The translations under genes were made by a program, and so were the position numbers. Below, in pieces: positions 36,301 through 48,903 of a DNA stretch of 64,000 bases (its first letter is position 1; each line of letters opens with the position of its first letter). The notes below the pieces were generated by a model that was given only the letters and a program-made list of their open reading frames with translations, made no database searches and was not told the DNA's origin. Source of the DNA: Asterias rubens (taxonomy: Eukaryota); assembly GCF_902459465.1 (NCBI RefSeq), contig NC_047062.1, forward strand, positions 20,274,001 through 20,338,000, read 5' to 3'.

Positions 36301-39300
36301 TTTCAAAGGTCTTTGAGTAAAACTCTGAAAGGGTCAACATGTGAGATCCTGACCACTTTTGCATTTATATCGCCTGTCTTTTTGGTAAGCAATCTGAAAA
36401 ACCCACCTTTTTTTGGGGGGGGGGTTCTTCTGTTAGTTTAACATTTTGTTTGAATAGGATTAAAGTTTACTTGTAAATAAATTATCTGGTCTATGTTGGT
36501 CACATTTTGTCATGACAGAACGATAAAGCAGACACAGTGACACTGCCTGGTCAGAAGGAGATTGCACTTCCCTTGCAACGAGAAAGGAAACTACCGGAAT
36601 GGATGGCCAGTCTTGAGACTGGTCAAACGGCTGAAGATGGTAAACCAGTCACCACTGGATCCACCGCTAGAGGAAGGGGGCGTGGAAGAGGTGGGGATTA
36701 AAACTCGTTACATTCGGAGATCAACTCCTAGTTCCAAAAAGGGTGCATCCCTTACAAATGTGAAATATATGCCATTGGTCTATTTTCTACGGACTTGAGT
36801 TCTGTAATTTACATAATGTAGGTTCGAATGCTGGCCTGGGCAGATGCAATACTTGTGTCCTTGAGCAAGGCACATATTTGCTTCGTTCCACCCAGGAGTA
36901 CAAATGGGGTGCTTGTAAGAGCTGGGGATGAATCTGCAATTAACTAGCATCCTAGTCGTTTACTGCATCCTAGTCGTTTACTTAATGGCAGCTTGATGAG
37001 TCACATTTGCTCGGAGTTTACTTGTTTATGTTTCACTGCTGTAACTTTATTGTAATTTGTTTTGCAAATCAAAGCTGTACATTTTGCACACTGTGTATCT
37101 GATAGGTAGAGCTAAGGGAGCAGGCACTCCATCCAAACCAAGGGCAGCCACAACCAAAGCCAAGAAGTCTTCTCCTATCAGTGATGATGAAGGTAGTGAA
37201 GACGATTACAAACCAGCTGTTAAGAGAACACCAAGCAGGGGTCGTGGGCGCCCAAGGGCAGGAAAGGGCACACCGAGGGGTAAGGGCAGAGAGGCAGCGC
37301 AACCCAGGAGAGTCATCCCTCCGGAGCAAAGTGACGAGGATGAGGGAGATGGAGATGGTGACGTCGACGACGGAGACTTTGTCAAAGATGTCGGGGATGA
37401 GAACAAAGAAGAGGTCCCCAGGAGATGGGGGCATGGGAAAACGAGGGACCAGGCATCGGTGAAGCGGAGGGCAAAGCTGGCGATGGATTACTCTGAGGAT
37501 TTTATGGAGAGTGCTGGGGAGAGTGAGGAAGAGGAGATGCCAGTGCCGGAGGGGGATGAAGGGAGTGACTGGGAACCTGATTCGCATAGCCCAAGAATGG
37601 TAAGGGTGTTTAAAACTTATCAAGTTAACCTAAAAAATGGTGAAACCGAATGGCCTTTTCAGTTTACAGTGACTTCACTCAATTACAGAGGCTAGACATA
37701 TACATAAACATTGCATTAGAGACTGCTCAAGAAATATTGTCTGTTCTGAATCAATATTTGTATATATTGTCTACCCTTAGTCAAGATCAAGATCGCCCTC
37801 TAAAGGGAAAAGAACACCAGGGAGAACCTCTGGGAGGACCCCAAGAAGGAAGAGGACCGGAGGGCGGAGGCACAGTAGACGTAGTTCAGACGATGACGAT
37901 AGTGACATGAGTGAACAGGAAGTGTATATCCCAAGGTATGACATGTCAACTAGTATACATGTAGACCTTTACCACGGTGCGGCCCTCTTCAATTTCTCTC
38001 ATTGATATTAATGTTACCAAACCCAGGCTGGAAGAACAAAATAGTCTGGTTCCTAATTGCAAGATGATTGCATGCATTATTGATATTCAATACGAGGAAC
38101 ATGACCAAGATGGAGGCAGCATGATAAAGGTCTATTGACGGAACAAAACTCGTAGAGTCATTTGTTTAATCTGGAATTGTGGATTTTGAATAAATATTGG
38201 TAGAGCCAATTGTTCAATCTGGATTTATGAATTTTTAATCCTGGCTATTGAAAGTTTTTTTTTCTGTGGGTTTTTTTTTTCGGTGGGGGAAGTAAAGGGT
38301 GGGGGAGGGGGGTATGTGAGAGATTACTGAAGGTTCATGGCTCAAGATCGACCTTAACTGGCGAGATGAGGTGCTCTAAAGCTGGATAGGGAATAGTGGA
38401 GGGTGGCGATGGAGTCCCAAGTTGGTGCCGGATAGGCTACACCCTACCATTGCATCACTTCGCTTAGCATTGCATGGCATCGCATTAACTACGCATCAAT
38501 CTTCACTACTAAACAAAGTGTGATGTCACAATACAAGAAATCACCATGGCAAATGACAACTCGTCTTTAGATGAATCTTATAGTGCTTTATGAAATGGAG
38601 CCCAAAATACCTTACCTCCCTTTATTTGTTTGCATAATTATTTCAGACCCACAAAAAGATCCGGTCGAGCCATTTCAAGCAGCCAGGATCTGATGCCATC
38701 ACTAGATGACACTCCAAGGAAGCGAATAAAGAAAGCGAATAATGGCAAGAAGAAACGAGAAGTTTGTCAATACGGCAAGAAGTGCTATCGGTGAGTTCTG
38801 CTCTCCAACAAACAGCTTCAAAAATTAAATTAAGCTTCATGTGTTAAACTTTCTCTGATTATAATTGTGCCTGTTATTCCATTGTAACTTTGTACAAATG
38901 TTGTCCATGTTGGTATATATTTTGTTTCTTTCAGTCCATTGAAATATTGAGTCCAAAAGTAGATGCTTATGATCACACCATAGGCTGATTTCTTGTCATT
39001 AAACAGGCATGTTAAACAGGCATATCATAAAATGTGTCCAACGAAAAGGGTCCAAGTTCGAAGATTGATATGAAATGTCAATATTTGTTAAAGAATACAA
39101 ATATTGTTGTTCTTGTTAATCTTTTGAGATTAATCTGAAGATGTATTTATTTCCCAATGCGTAGTTTGTGTTATTGTTGTTTTGTTGTTCTTTATGTATT
39201 TTGCACTTTGGTCAACTGGGAGTTGGAATTGTTGGTGTCAAAAAGAAATGAAGGTAATGTCAAAGTTTGTTTCACCTCAGGAAAAATCCTCTGCACTCGG

Positions 39301-41397
39301 AGGAGTACAGTCATCCTGGGGATTCTGATTACATGGATGAAGAAGGGGAGGGGGAGGAGGAGGAGGAGGAGGGGGAGGATGGTAGTGAGGGAGAAGAGGA
39401 GGATAAGGAAGAATGCCCCTATGGTTCAGACTGTTACAGGTGAGTAAAGGGCATCAAGTTATAATAAGAACTAGAGGGCGCACTGGTGATGCTTCTTGCT
39501 CAAACGCGATGGGACTGCAAGGAGACATGCGCGCGCCATTCTGTACGCGCGTTGAATATGAAACACACGTTGGAGTTTGTCTTTATTGAACTCTACGTGA
39601 TGCTGTTTTGTCAACTTACAAAATGGCCGCACAAACACACGCTGTGCGATGCCTGTTTTGTCAACTTAGAAAATGGCCTCCTGCGCGCATGCCGGGTCGG
39701 GTATATAGGCCAGTGCGCCCTCTAGTTCTTATATATAACTCTATGGTAAAGGGAGTGTTATCCTAGACTGGTCCCCTGTCTTTATTCGTAAGGATAAAGA
39801 CAGGCACTTGTCTCACAGGCCCAGTAATTTCATTGGATACAATGATATTATTGTATAAACATGCTGTGATGTAGGCTTTTGAAATCTGTTTTATGATCGG
39901 TCCGAGGTGATGTACGGCAGCTTGTACTTCCAACCGTCTGGATGCAGAGTTTGTGTGTGCATAAATTGACTGCAAATCTCCCTGTGAAATGAATGTCAGG
40001 TCAAAGACATTTGTACGAATCCGTACATCTCTATCATTCTGCGGCTGCCTTTCAGTTTTTTGTTATTAATATAAATCATAAAATGCTTAGTTTGTGTTGT
40101 TGTTGTATTGGTGTTCTTTACTTATTCTGTGCTTTGTTGGTAAACTTTGGAAGAGTGCAATATTAACACCTTATTTGTTATTGTTGTTAATGATGAACCT
40201 GCTTTTGCTTGATCTTCATTTGGTTTGCTGTTTTTGCCCTCTATCTTTAGGAATAAACAGAAACCGTCACACTGACTTGATGCTTCCGTGGGAAGACATG
40301 GTTGTGAAGAAATCATGTTAACATTTTCTCCTGAAACTTTGTTTATCCCCAAAATCTTTGCATTTTTATAAGAGTAGTGCCTACAGTTTGTGTGTACAAT
40401 TTATGCACTTGTATTTTACCATATCCATTTTTATTTTCTTCATCCGCAGGAAAAACAAGAGACATTTAAAAGAGTTTAAACACACCAAGGCGCCTGGACG
40501 ACCAAAGAGGCAAGCTGCAAAGAGAAAAGGTACGATTAGAGAACCTTGTTGTGTGGAAAAACCAGGAAGCAAATAACTTAATCATTTCAGAGTGATAGAT
40601 GTTGTAATTTTAGGAAATGAAATCTTGCGCAGGATCGAAAAGATACCTGACCAAAGTTATAGTTATATAGGGTGGATTTACTAGGTCACTGGTTGTTGTG
40701 GGTCGGGTTGATAGAAAAAGGTTTACCTCAGTCCTATCTACCTTACTACAGGATTTGCCAGAGAATTCATAAACGGCTTTAAAGGCACTGGACACTATTG
40801 GTAATTGTCAAAGACCAGTCTTCTTACTTGGTGTATCTCAACATACGCATAAAATAACATTTAAGCTCAATAGGTCGTCAAGTTGCGAGAAAATGATGAA
40901 AGTAAAAACACCCTTGTCACACGAAGTTGTGTGCTTTCAGATGCTTGATTTCGAGACCTCAAATTCTAAATCTGAGGTCTTGAAATCAAATTTGTGGAAA
41001 ACTACTTCTTTCTCGAAAACTCTGTTACTTCAGAGGGAGCCGTTTCTCACAGCGTTTTATACCATCAACCTCTCCCCATTACTCATTACCAAGTAAGGTT
41101 TTATGCTAATAATTATTTTGAGTAATTACCAATAGTGTCCACTGCCTTTAAACACTAACTATGGGAAAACTTGTACATTAAAAATAAAGTTTTAAAAACC
41201 TCTCTCTTACGAAAATTACATCTTTCTCTTTATCAATCTCAGCCACTGTTGTTGATGGTGCCAGTGACGACGACGGGGCGGAAAACACCTATGATTACAA
41301 GGATAGTTTCCTTGACGATGGCACCCAGGAGACATTAGGGGATTCCCCCAGTGTTGAATCAGACTGGAACCCTGTAGAGGCTGAGGCGGATGATTGA
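33395..41397 (+). CDS. APLF: Aprataxin and PNK-like factor (FHA, Ku-binding motif, two PBZ fingers, acidic tail), 657 aa
   Basis: 12 exons in frame, 1974 nt: 33395-33499, 34144-34215, 34901-35076, 35412-35518, 35894-36048, 36519-36690, 37106-37599, 37781-37935, 38647-38790, 39281-39439, 40450-40529, 41243-41397. FHA: TVIGRGSVLGVSDKRVSRNH. KBM-like RERKLPEWM (36579-36605). PBZ1: CQYGKKCYRKNPLHSEEYSH. PBZ2: CPYGSDCYRKNKRHLKEFKH. Tail: YDYKDSFLDD...SDWNP. Confidence 0.92.
33587..33658 (+). tRNA. tRNA-Glu (CTC), in APLF intron 1
   Basis: 72 nt. Acceptor stem TCCCATA/TGTGGGA, D arm with TAGTGG, anticodon stem CGGCG-CTCTCAC-CGCCG, T arm CCGGG-TTCGATT-CCCGG. Followed by a T-run. Confidence 0.96.
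33666..33673 (+). terminator. RNA polymerase III terminator (T8)
   Basis: Eight Ts starting 8 nt downstream of the tRNA 3' end. Confidence 0.8.
35131..35315. mobile_element. Interspersed ~180-bp repeat with CAGGCCTG-type ends
   Basis: CAGGCCTGATACTTCACGGAGG...CCCCCTGGTCATTG...AAAACGAAGCATAC(A/T)GGCC. Copies at 44900-45075 (inverted), 57199-57367, about 53430-53603 (inverted), and partial copies at about 55030-55205 and 12070-12170. Confidence 0.75.
37962..38135. mobile_element. Probable MITE
   Basis: TAGACCTTTACCACG at the left end and CATGATAAAGGTCTA at the right form imperfect TIRs. Confidence 0.5.
39459..39736. mobile_element. MITE with ~29-bp TIRs
   Basis: GTTATAATAAGAACTAGAGGGCGCACTGG ... 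CCAGTGCGCCCTCTAGTTCTTATATATAAC. Confidence 0.75.
40783..41147. mobile_element. Kolobok-type MITE family A
   Basis: TTAA|AGGCACTGGACACTATTGGTAAT ... ATTACCAATAGTGTCCACTGCCT|TTAA. Confidence 0.87.
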
Positions 41398-42013
41398 GGA
41401 GACCAACAATCCAGAGGAAAATAGAAACAAAAATGATGTCTACATGAACAAAGTGATGTAGAATTGGGATGATAGGAAGAAGGTAGCCACCTAAATCCAA
41501 ACCTTGGAAGACTATCGGTGAGACGATCTGACTAAACCTAGGTCAAGAAAAACTCATGAAATGACATAATTTCCCCCCCGAAAATAGGACAATGGAAATG
41601 TGTGGTGGAAGACCAAGGACATCAACGTGGGATATATGGCAGCCTCTAATGGAATGTGTTATTGCATTAAAGTATTGACAATTTTGAAGGGGATCCTCTC
41701 TGAATCAAGATGAGGCAAATGGAGTAGATATTTGTCTTCATAAATGTTTCCTGAACAAGGAGGAAAGAAGACTCTGATGGAGTGGAAAGAGTTTACTCTC
41801 CAAGTAGTTAATTATCACCGAAGACTTTGAAAAAAAGGGCCATCCCTCACCCTCAAAGTGTTCCATTTCAACAGGTGTAGCATTTAGATGCAGAACATTT
41901 TAAGGTTGAAAATGTGAAGTAAGGTTTAAAACATTGCATGGTGGCTGGTGAGGTTCAGGGAGAAACCAGTGCATAGAACTTTCTCTTCGAAAAAGGAAAC
42001 TGTGGTTTAACAA

Positions 42014-42053
42014 CTTGTCGTTTCGATCAGTGTGCTCTGATCGTCTTCAAGAG
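42014..42053 (-). pseudogene. Decayed minimal hammerhead motif
   Basis: Minus strand reads CTC-TTGAAGAC-GATCAG-AGCACA-CTGATC-GAAAC-GAC-AAG. Stem II is perfect, but the cleavage triplet is GAC rather than GUH. Confidence 0.45.
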
Positions 42054-44453
42054 AAAATGTTGCTGTTACACCTTGTGGGGAGGGTGGTGTGGGGGGATAA
42101 TCATCCATATATGCGGCCTTTTGTGGGAGGGGAAATGGGAAGGGGGGTGGATGTGTACACTGATATTAGTTTCCGTGTTATGTGACTTATGTAATGTTAC
42201 ATTCTAGCTGCTTGCCCCCAAAATTGTTGAAATATTAAAAGCAAAATTTGATAATTTTGTTATAAGGTTTTCCCAGTCATTTTCGGCAAATAAGCAGCAA
42301 ATTTAAACATTGGGTTATTCTGGTTTTTTTTTGCAAAATTGAAAGCTCCTCAAAACAGTCATTGAATTTCACTTAGTGTATAAAGCAAATGTTCTTTTTC
42401 GATTTGTGTCATGAGATTTTATAAAGATAGCCATTCAATTTAACAACTCACTCGGACAGCATTCAAACTCGCAACAGCTTTCTGCACCGCTCATTTGGTC
42501 ATTCAAATTTGTTTTCGGGCAGACATTGGTGGGATTTGTGCTGCTGATTTGCCACTTTGTTGTACTATCATGAATGTTGCCTGTCTTGTAGATTTCAAAA
42601 GGGATAAAAATGGGTCACATTCTTGTATGAGATGTTACTTTCCTGAATTCCTTTCTTTGATAATGATGGCTATTGGGTACAACTACAATTTTTCAAATCC
42701 GTGAAGAAAGCACCAAGTGGCAGCAAACCAGTGCTCAGATACCTGGCTCGTTAAAAGATGATTAAGAAAACACAAGGGATAATTAAAAAAACTTACAAAC
42801 ACCAATGACGTATAGGATCTTGAAGTTGCACAAAGGTATACTTTATTTTCTCAAGAAAGATATAAAGAAGCCTATGCTTTGTATTTGTTTTTGTGTTATT
42901 TTTGTTAATGCTGATTGCTCATAATTGCTAAAACGTAAGTAACAATTTGGTAGAAATATCTAGTTGCGTATACTCTGCTGAATTGAAAGCTGATTACTCA
43001 TGGCTAAAAAGAACGCCCTTAAAATTTAATTGAATATAATTCTCTATAATCTTGCATTTCTAATTGAAATTGGGTGACATATTTAACTGTAGAGGCAAAA
43101 TTGCTTTAATATGAATGCATACAAATGAAATGGCTGCTTTCTTGCCAAAATGACTAAGGAAACCGAGAATGTATACTCTAGATTTCTGATGTTCTGCTGT
43201 AAAAAGCATAAGTCAAGAAATGCAAAATACAGAAATGAATCTTGTGCTTAATATGTATGCAAACAAAATTGTATCTATTTTAGGACACGTGTATTTAGAA
43301 GTTGTGAACAATCATTATTTTTAATCCATACTTTTTATCATAGGGATCAGGCAGCCTTCTGTAGTAAAATGGTCGATGATTGCAAGTCCATTCATGACAA
43401 AATTCACTTGTCTGTTTTTTTAAAAACTCATTTTGAGATGGTTGCCTTGCATACTTTCAAATATGCATTGTTCACATATTAAAAAAATGTGTGCCCAAAC
43501 CAATTGTTCAAAGTAAAAACCTACATTCATGTAGTTTACCAATTTTTTAAATATTTTTTTATTATTTATTTTTCATTCTTCGAAAAGAACATGTTACAGT
43601 GTATTAAAAATGTTTTATAGATATTTTTTTCTTCTAAATAATGAAGCAGATTTATCACTCAGGCCTCCCAAAATGAACTTCAATGTCCCAAATTAGCCCT
43701 TGATGGTCGGCTTTAGATTTGATCAATTTCGATTATTTTTACCAGAATTTGACAACAGACTCTTTTATGGATGATCGATAACAATTATTGCATGTATCTT
43801 TCACCCAAGAGTACCCTCCACTTTGTACTTAGTGAAATTTGACATGTTGTCTGAGATCCGGGTGCTGAGCTTTTAATTTTAGCATAAAGGCCGAGTCAAC
43901 GATCACCACGCAAACAGAACGCATACTATTGGTTGAATTGCTCCACGCAGAATACGTACACCCTCATCCAACCTATGGAATGCGTTCTCTTTGTTTGCGT
44001 CGTTATCAGTATCGTTCTTGTTATCACTGCAGTGGGACCGGGCCTTAATTGCGGAATGATATTTGTGATCAAGATGTTTCTCATTTGTACATGAGCTGCG
44101 AGTCCAACATTTCTCTTCAGTCATGTTTATCTATCTACCTTAGAAAAAAATGCTAGTTTTTTATAACATGTATAATGCTTAACACAGATAATTGTTCTTG
44201 AGTCGTTGAATGTTTTTAGCTACTAATATTAGAGATAGCTTTTTTTAGCCGTGTGTAATGCTTCTTTAATAAGCTCTCTCTACAGCTCAGTGCGAGTATC
44301 TATAAAGAACTGTTTAAGAGATGGAAAATACAACTTTATCATGATTTTTAAATCATTGTAAGCCAATCTGCAGCTACAAGGGGAGATTATGGTCTGTTCC
44401 CGGATTTGTTTACATTGACAGTTAATATTTACGATTGTAAATTCATAATCCTG

Positions 44454-44693
44454 GGCCCAATTTCATAAAGCCTGTAAGCACAAAAATTTGCTTTGCGTGA
44501 AATTGCTTGCTTAATAAAAACAGGATTGTCAACCAAATTCCCACATGATTTTCAGGATAAGCAAACAACAGCTGAATACCAGTATAAAGCAATATGCAAC
44601 AAATTAAAATTTGGTCGGTAATCTTGTTTTTATCAAGGAAGAAATTTCATGCTAAGCAAAGTTTTGTGCTTACAGGCCTTATGAAAGTTGGCC
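44454..44693. mobile_element. Harbinger-type MITE (GGCCCAATTTCAT family)
   Basis: CTG|GGCCCAATTTCAT ... ATGAAAGTTGGCC|CTG; an inverted relative of 31242-31481. Confidence 0.82.
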
Positions 44694-45420
44694 CTGTTGG
44701 TAAGTGTGATGTTAACCATAGACACAAAACATCAACTAGCTCTTAGCATTACCAGAAACTCCTTTAAAGCAATGTATTGAGCTTAATATTTTCTTTGAGA
44801 AAATTAACTAATGGACTGGGGTTTTACGTGTTTTGCGAAAACTCTGGGTTTGGTCACGCGTTTCAAGCTTCTGTCATAAGAAGTGTCAGGAAGGCATTGC
44901 AGGCCTGTATGCTTCGTTTTTGAAAGGGCAAGGGCACCAAGGCATTTTCTTATTGGTGAATGGCACCCTATGAGGAAATTGTTAATTTCTACTGGAGCCT
45001 TTCAAGGGCACCAAGGCAATGACCTGGGGGCATGAAGGCAATTGACTTGGTTGCCTCCGTTAAGTGTCAGTCCTGCATTGGGACGATAAAACTAGTGAGT
45101 TTGGTCAAATTGCAACTGTATGTATTGGCATATTGGCTTATTACCGATGATTATATTACAAACACGTCACTTGCCAACATGATGAAGCTGTAGAGTTTAT
45201 TATTTTGAGAGCTTGCTGTATAAACACTGCATAAGTCTTGAAAAGCCTTGTGCTGTATATTGCAACTCGATAGTGCTGCTTTTTTTTAGCATATTAAATA
45301 TGGTTTTCAATGGCACAGCTTATTGATCCAAAATAATGATTTTGTACATACATGTTGATGATAATTGCGACGTTTGGGATAGTGTTTTGATATTATGTAT
45401 TTTACCTCAGTAGTTGTGGG

Positions 45421-45784
45421 AATAAGCCATTTGCAGGTTAGATTTGAATGTTGTCCGGTACTATGACTTGCTTGATCACAAGTCACTACTTTAGTTTGAT
45501 ATCCTCAGACTATTGAGACAGTTGCTATGTCACATGAGTCGGGAAAGCTTTTGCGTAGTTACGTAAGAGACGGTGATCACCCATACACAAATTTGAGTGG
45601 ATGTGTATGGCACAGTGGTACCAGGGTCTGCTCATCTGGAGGTTGCTATACAAAAGCTTGCCTCGACCCATTTGACATAGCAACTGTCTCTGTAGTCTGA
45701 GGAATTCAAATGTAAGCGGTAACTTGTGAAGAAGCAAGTCACTGTACCTGACATTATTCAAATCTAACTCGCAAATGGCTGATT
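45421..45784. repeat. Long imperfect fold-back (arms ~130 bp)
   Basis: 45421-45551 is an approximate reverse complement of 45651-45784, including the perfect 18-mer GAGACAGTTGCTATGTCA/TGACATAGCAACTGTCTC. There is an inner hairpin CCATACAC/GTGTATGG. Confidence 0.8.
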
Positions 45785-47020
45785 GGAGTAGATGTGATTT
45801 GTTAACAGACGTACCAGTCTTGCATGATTAAGTTAAACATAGACAGACATTGCGTTTGTCGAGTTCTGTAATGCCAAATTGATTGCTTTCATGTGGCAGT
45901 GTACAGAAAATACTAGGAACAAAGTGGGACAAGGAATAAAACTTCATCGTTAGTTTTTTCCAAAACGATTAAGACTAGAATAAAACATATCCAAAACAAC
46001 CCAAACTATTATCATGTTTGATATTTTATTTTGTTGTAAACAATGCATGCTGGGTTTTATTATACAAAATTCATCTTTCAAACCAGTTATATACATCACT
46101 CTCGTCTGCATTTCCCAGCGAGGTTTAAACTTTGGAAAGTGTGATTGGTAAACAAACCCAAGTTAATTAAAAAAACAAGCAGGTTTGTGATACAAAGAGC
46201 TACATTATCATCAAATCTAAATCAAAGTAAAGTTTTGCTAAAGTGCGAATAGCAGCCCAACTTCAAATAGCTGTTCCTACAAAATATCAACAAAGTGCAA
46301 AGCAATTGTGCTTAATGGTAATAGTACTAGAGTCACTACCATTCATGTTGGTGACCGTTATTCTGCTTGTTTATGCTCTGAGCAAGATTTTCTGCTTTAG
46401 CAGGTCTGTTAAAATGGGCCCTCCTCACCAGCTGAAAAAAAACAAACTGCAAAGTGATACAAAGTGTTTGTAAATGGTTTCCTCTAACTTTTGCTAAGCA
46501 CTTGTGTTCTGCCTAGCACTTTCCTGACTACAGACTTTGATTCCTAAATTTGAGAAAAACAATCTTAAAGTGTGACTTGCAGAAGATCTAAATGTCGTGT
46601 TCTTGTATTTGAACAACTACATCAGAAGGAATGTACAAGTGCCTTTTTACAAGTTATAGAGAAAACAAACTTAAATTAGAGGAATTCTTCCTTTCCACTG
46701 TAAATCCCAGTAAAATAATGCATCAGTTTCAACAGTTTGTTCGGAACAATTCTACCAGCTTAACATGTAGTTCATCTAATTTAACAGAGTAAACAAAACA
46801 ATGCCATCGGTCATGCCATCCAAAATGTGTCTCGGTCTTCAGTTTGCACACATGTTGGTTGAAACATTCTCACTGCCGGAGGTGCCGTTGCTAAGATCAG
46901 TCAGCAGAGGTCATGACCTCTTGGACATTGCAAACCTCACTAGTGTTCCATGGATAATTTCAGACTGTTTAAATGGGTGTATTAGAAACTTGAAAGTTTT
47001 ATTGATAGAGCGTCGTTCAT

Positions 47021-48903
47021 TCATTCTGTCCATCGATGACCACAGTTTGGTGATGTGCACACGTAGTATAGCCTCATCCCTTCCTGCACAAGACAAAAAG
47101 GCAATAGTCGCAAAATATTAATCAAAAACCTACTCTCAATAATGCTTTAAAATATAGTATAGCAGTGGCTTGTCGAGGCAAAGTGATTAAGCACACTGGA
47201 CTAAGTCTTAAGCTATTGATGTTTCTGATCAACAGAGTTGGGGTTTGAGTCCCGGTCGTGGCACTTATGTTCTTGAGCAAGATCCTTTACCATTCTTGTT
47301 TTGTCCTTCAGATGGGACACTAAGCGGTTGAGTCCATGTGTTGTTTTATTGCACATAAAAGAAACCAGTAAACTTATCGTGAGGAGAAGGGCTTTGCCCT
47401 GGTGTTTTCTGGTTTACATAGCAAGCACCATTGTTTACAAGTTTCCTCAGACGTGCTATAGTGATTAAGTTCACTCCGACATGAGACATTATTGGGTTCA
47501 TTACCACCAGAAACTGAAGTAACAACAACAGCAGTGAAACCAGGCTCATACTTCCTGGGAATGCAAAGCTTTGTATTTGCAGGAAATATGAACCGGGCTT
47601 AATTTGTCTGAATTCAATAATTGATAAAACAACATAATTTTAATAAGGATTGGGTGATTTCAGAAAGTGCAAGCTTTTATACCTCTGCTCTGTTTGTCTG
47701 GGACTGGAAGAAAACAGACTCTTTATTTCTGCAGCGAGGGCACGGATGGTCCTCAGTGCGTGGAAGAGTAGGGTCTGCTACAACCTCAGCTACAATCTGA
47801 GTTAACTCACTGTAAATTAAATGAAAATCATACATGTACATTTATCATTTTTTTTTAAGTGGAAACAATGAGGCACTTACAGAGTGGTCTCTGAATCTTT
47901 TATAATAATAATAATAATTGTGGCTTCTTATAAAGCGCACATGTCCGTCACCCAGTGACGCTCCTGGCGCTGGTTATACAGGTTATTTTCTTTATTTACA
48001 ACAAAGAGTATATTTCCAAGGAATAAAAACCATAATGGTATGAATAGAATTTTGGTTCAAAACTCAACTCACACACGCACAGCAAACCCACCTGATATAA
48101 AATGAGATTAACATGGATAACTTTAAAGAAACTTAGAAAATATCTATCTTTGAATATAAAAAAAAACTCACTCTACTTCATGGGTGATTTTGTTGACATA
48201 AACACAGTTGTTATCGGCCTCTTGTTGATAGTCGCAGTTCCGACACTAAATTATTGAAAAACATTATGAACATTGATTATTGATATATCAAAAACATATC
48301 CCCTACAGTACCGTACTGTGATTTCTAACTGACTCTTCTTATATGATTTATAGCATTGAAATTTTTTCGAATAAACTTTTAAGAAAACAAAAACAAATCA
48401 TCCAATGACATTTTGATACAACATACACTTTACACTGACCAGAAACTTTTCTGCTAGCAAAACCAACTCTGTAATAACTGTAATGACCCTCTTTAATTTA
48501 ATAATTAATAATATTATGATAGTGTAATTTAAAAGTAAAACAACAAAACTTACCGCATACAGTAGGACCTTATTCTCTTTGTCTTCTTTTGGGTAGAGCA
48601 TATTATTGCTGTTGGATAATTACACATAGGTAAACAAGTTATGAAACAAAGGAATAAAAAGGTCTCAGTCAGTTCAGTAGTGGACTAGTGGTGCTGCGAA
48701 ATTTTATAAACAATACACAACGGGGTACACAACTGATCACATTCACAATCGCCCCATAATACTCATCATTTATTGAATTAACTAAAAATTCAAAACAACC
48801 GTACAGATAAAAAAAATGCTCACCATTCCTGACAGAAACGAATGCCTACAAAGCCAGGCCCTGCGCCACTTTGGGTATCTTGTCTGCTAAAGTCTAAACT
48901 CAT
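47021..48903 (-). CDS. POLR2I: RNA polymerase II subunit RPB9, 132 aa
   Basis: 5 exons, 399 nt: 48903-48824, 48608-48554, 48245-48172, 47809-47683, 47083-47021. Protein includes [59 protein letters not shown]...[14 protein letters not shown]...[24 protein letters not shown] at 47003-46998. Confidence 0.97.
47161..47420 (+). mobile_element. tRNA-derived SINE with CORE-like segment
   Basis: Degenerate A/B-box head (GGGTTTGAGTCCCGG) followed by CACTTATGTTCTTGAGCAAG. Related copies at about 54715-54870, 58850-59100, 36800-36930 and 32210-32290, and on the reverse strand at 27340-27630 and 60780-61065. Confidence 0.7.

Noticed and set aside
37069-37623. 184-aa minus-strand ORF
   Set aside because: Antisense shadow of the GC-rich APLF exon 7; the same applies to ORFs overlapping KIF6 exons 14 and 17.
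40251-40277. Alternative acceptor for the APLF exon completing PBZ2
   Set aside because: Reads RNKQKPSH then TGA and breaks the finger spacing; 40450-40529 supplies the canonical RKNKRHLKEFKH.
47161-47270. tRNA genes at SINE heads (also about 17570-17640, 54715, 58850, 59583)
   Set aside because: Broken stems and degenerate boxes, followed by a shared non-tRNA body; these are SINE-type repeats.
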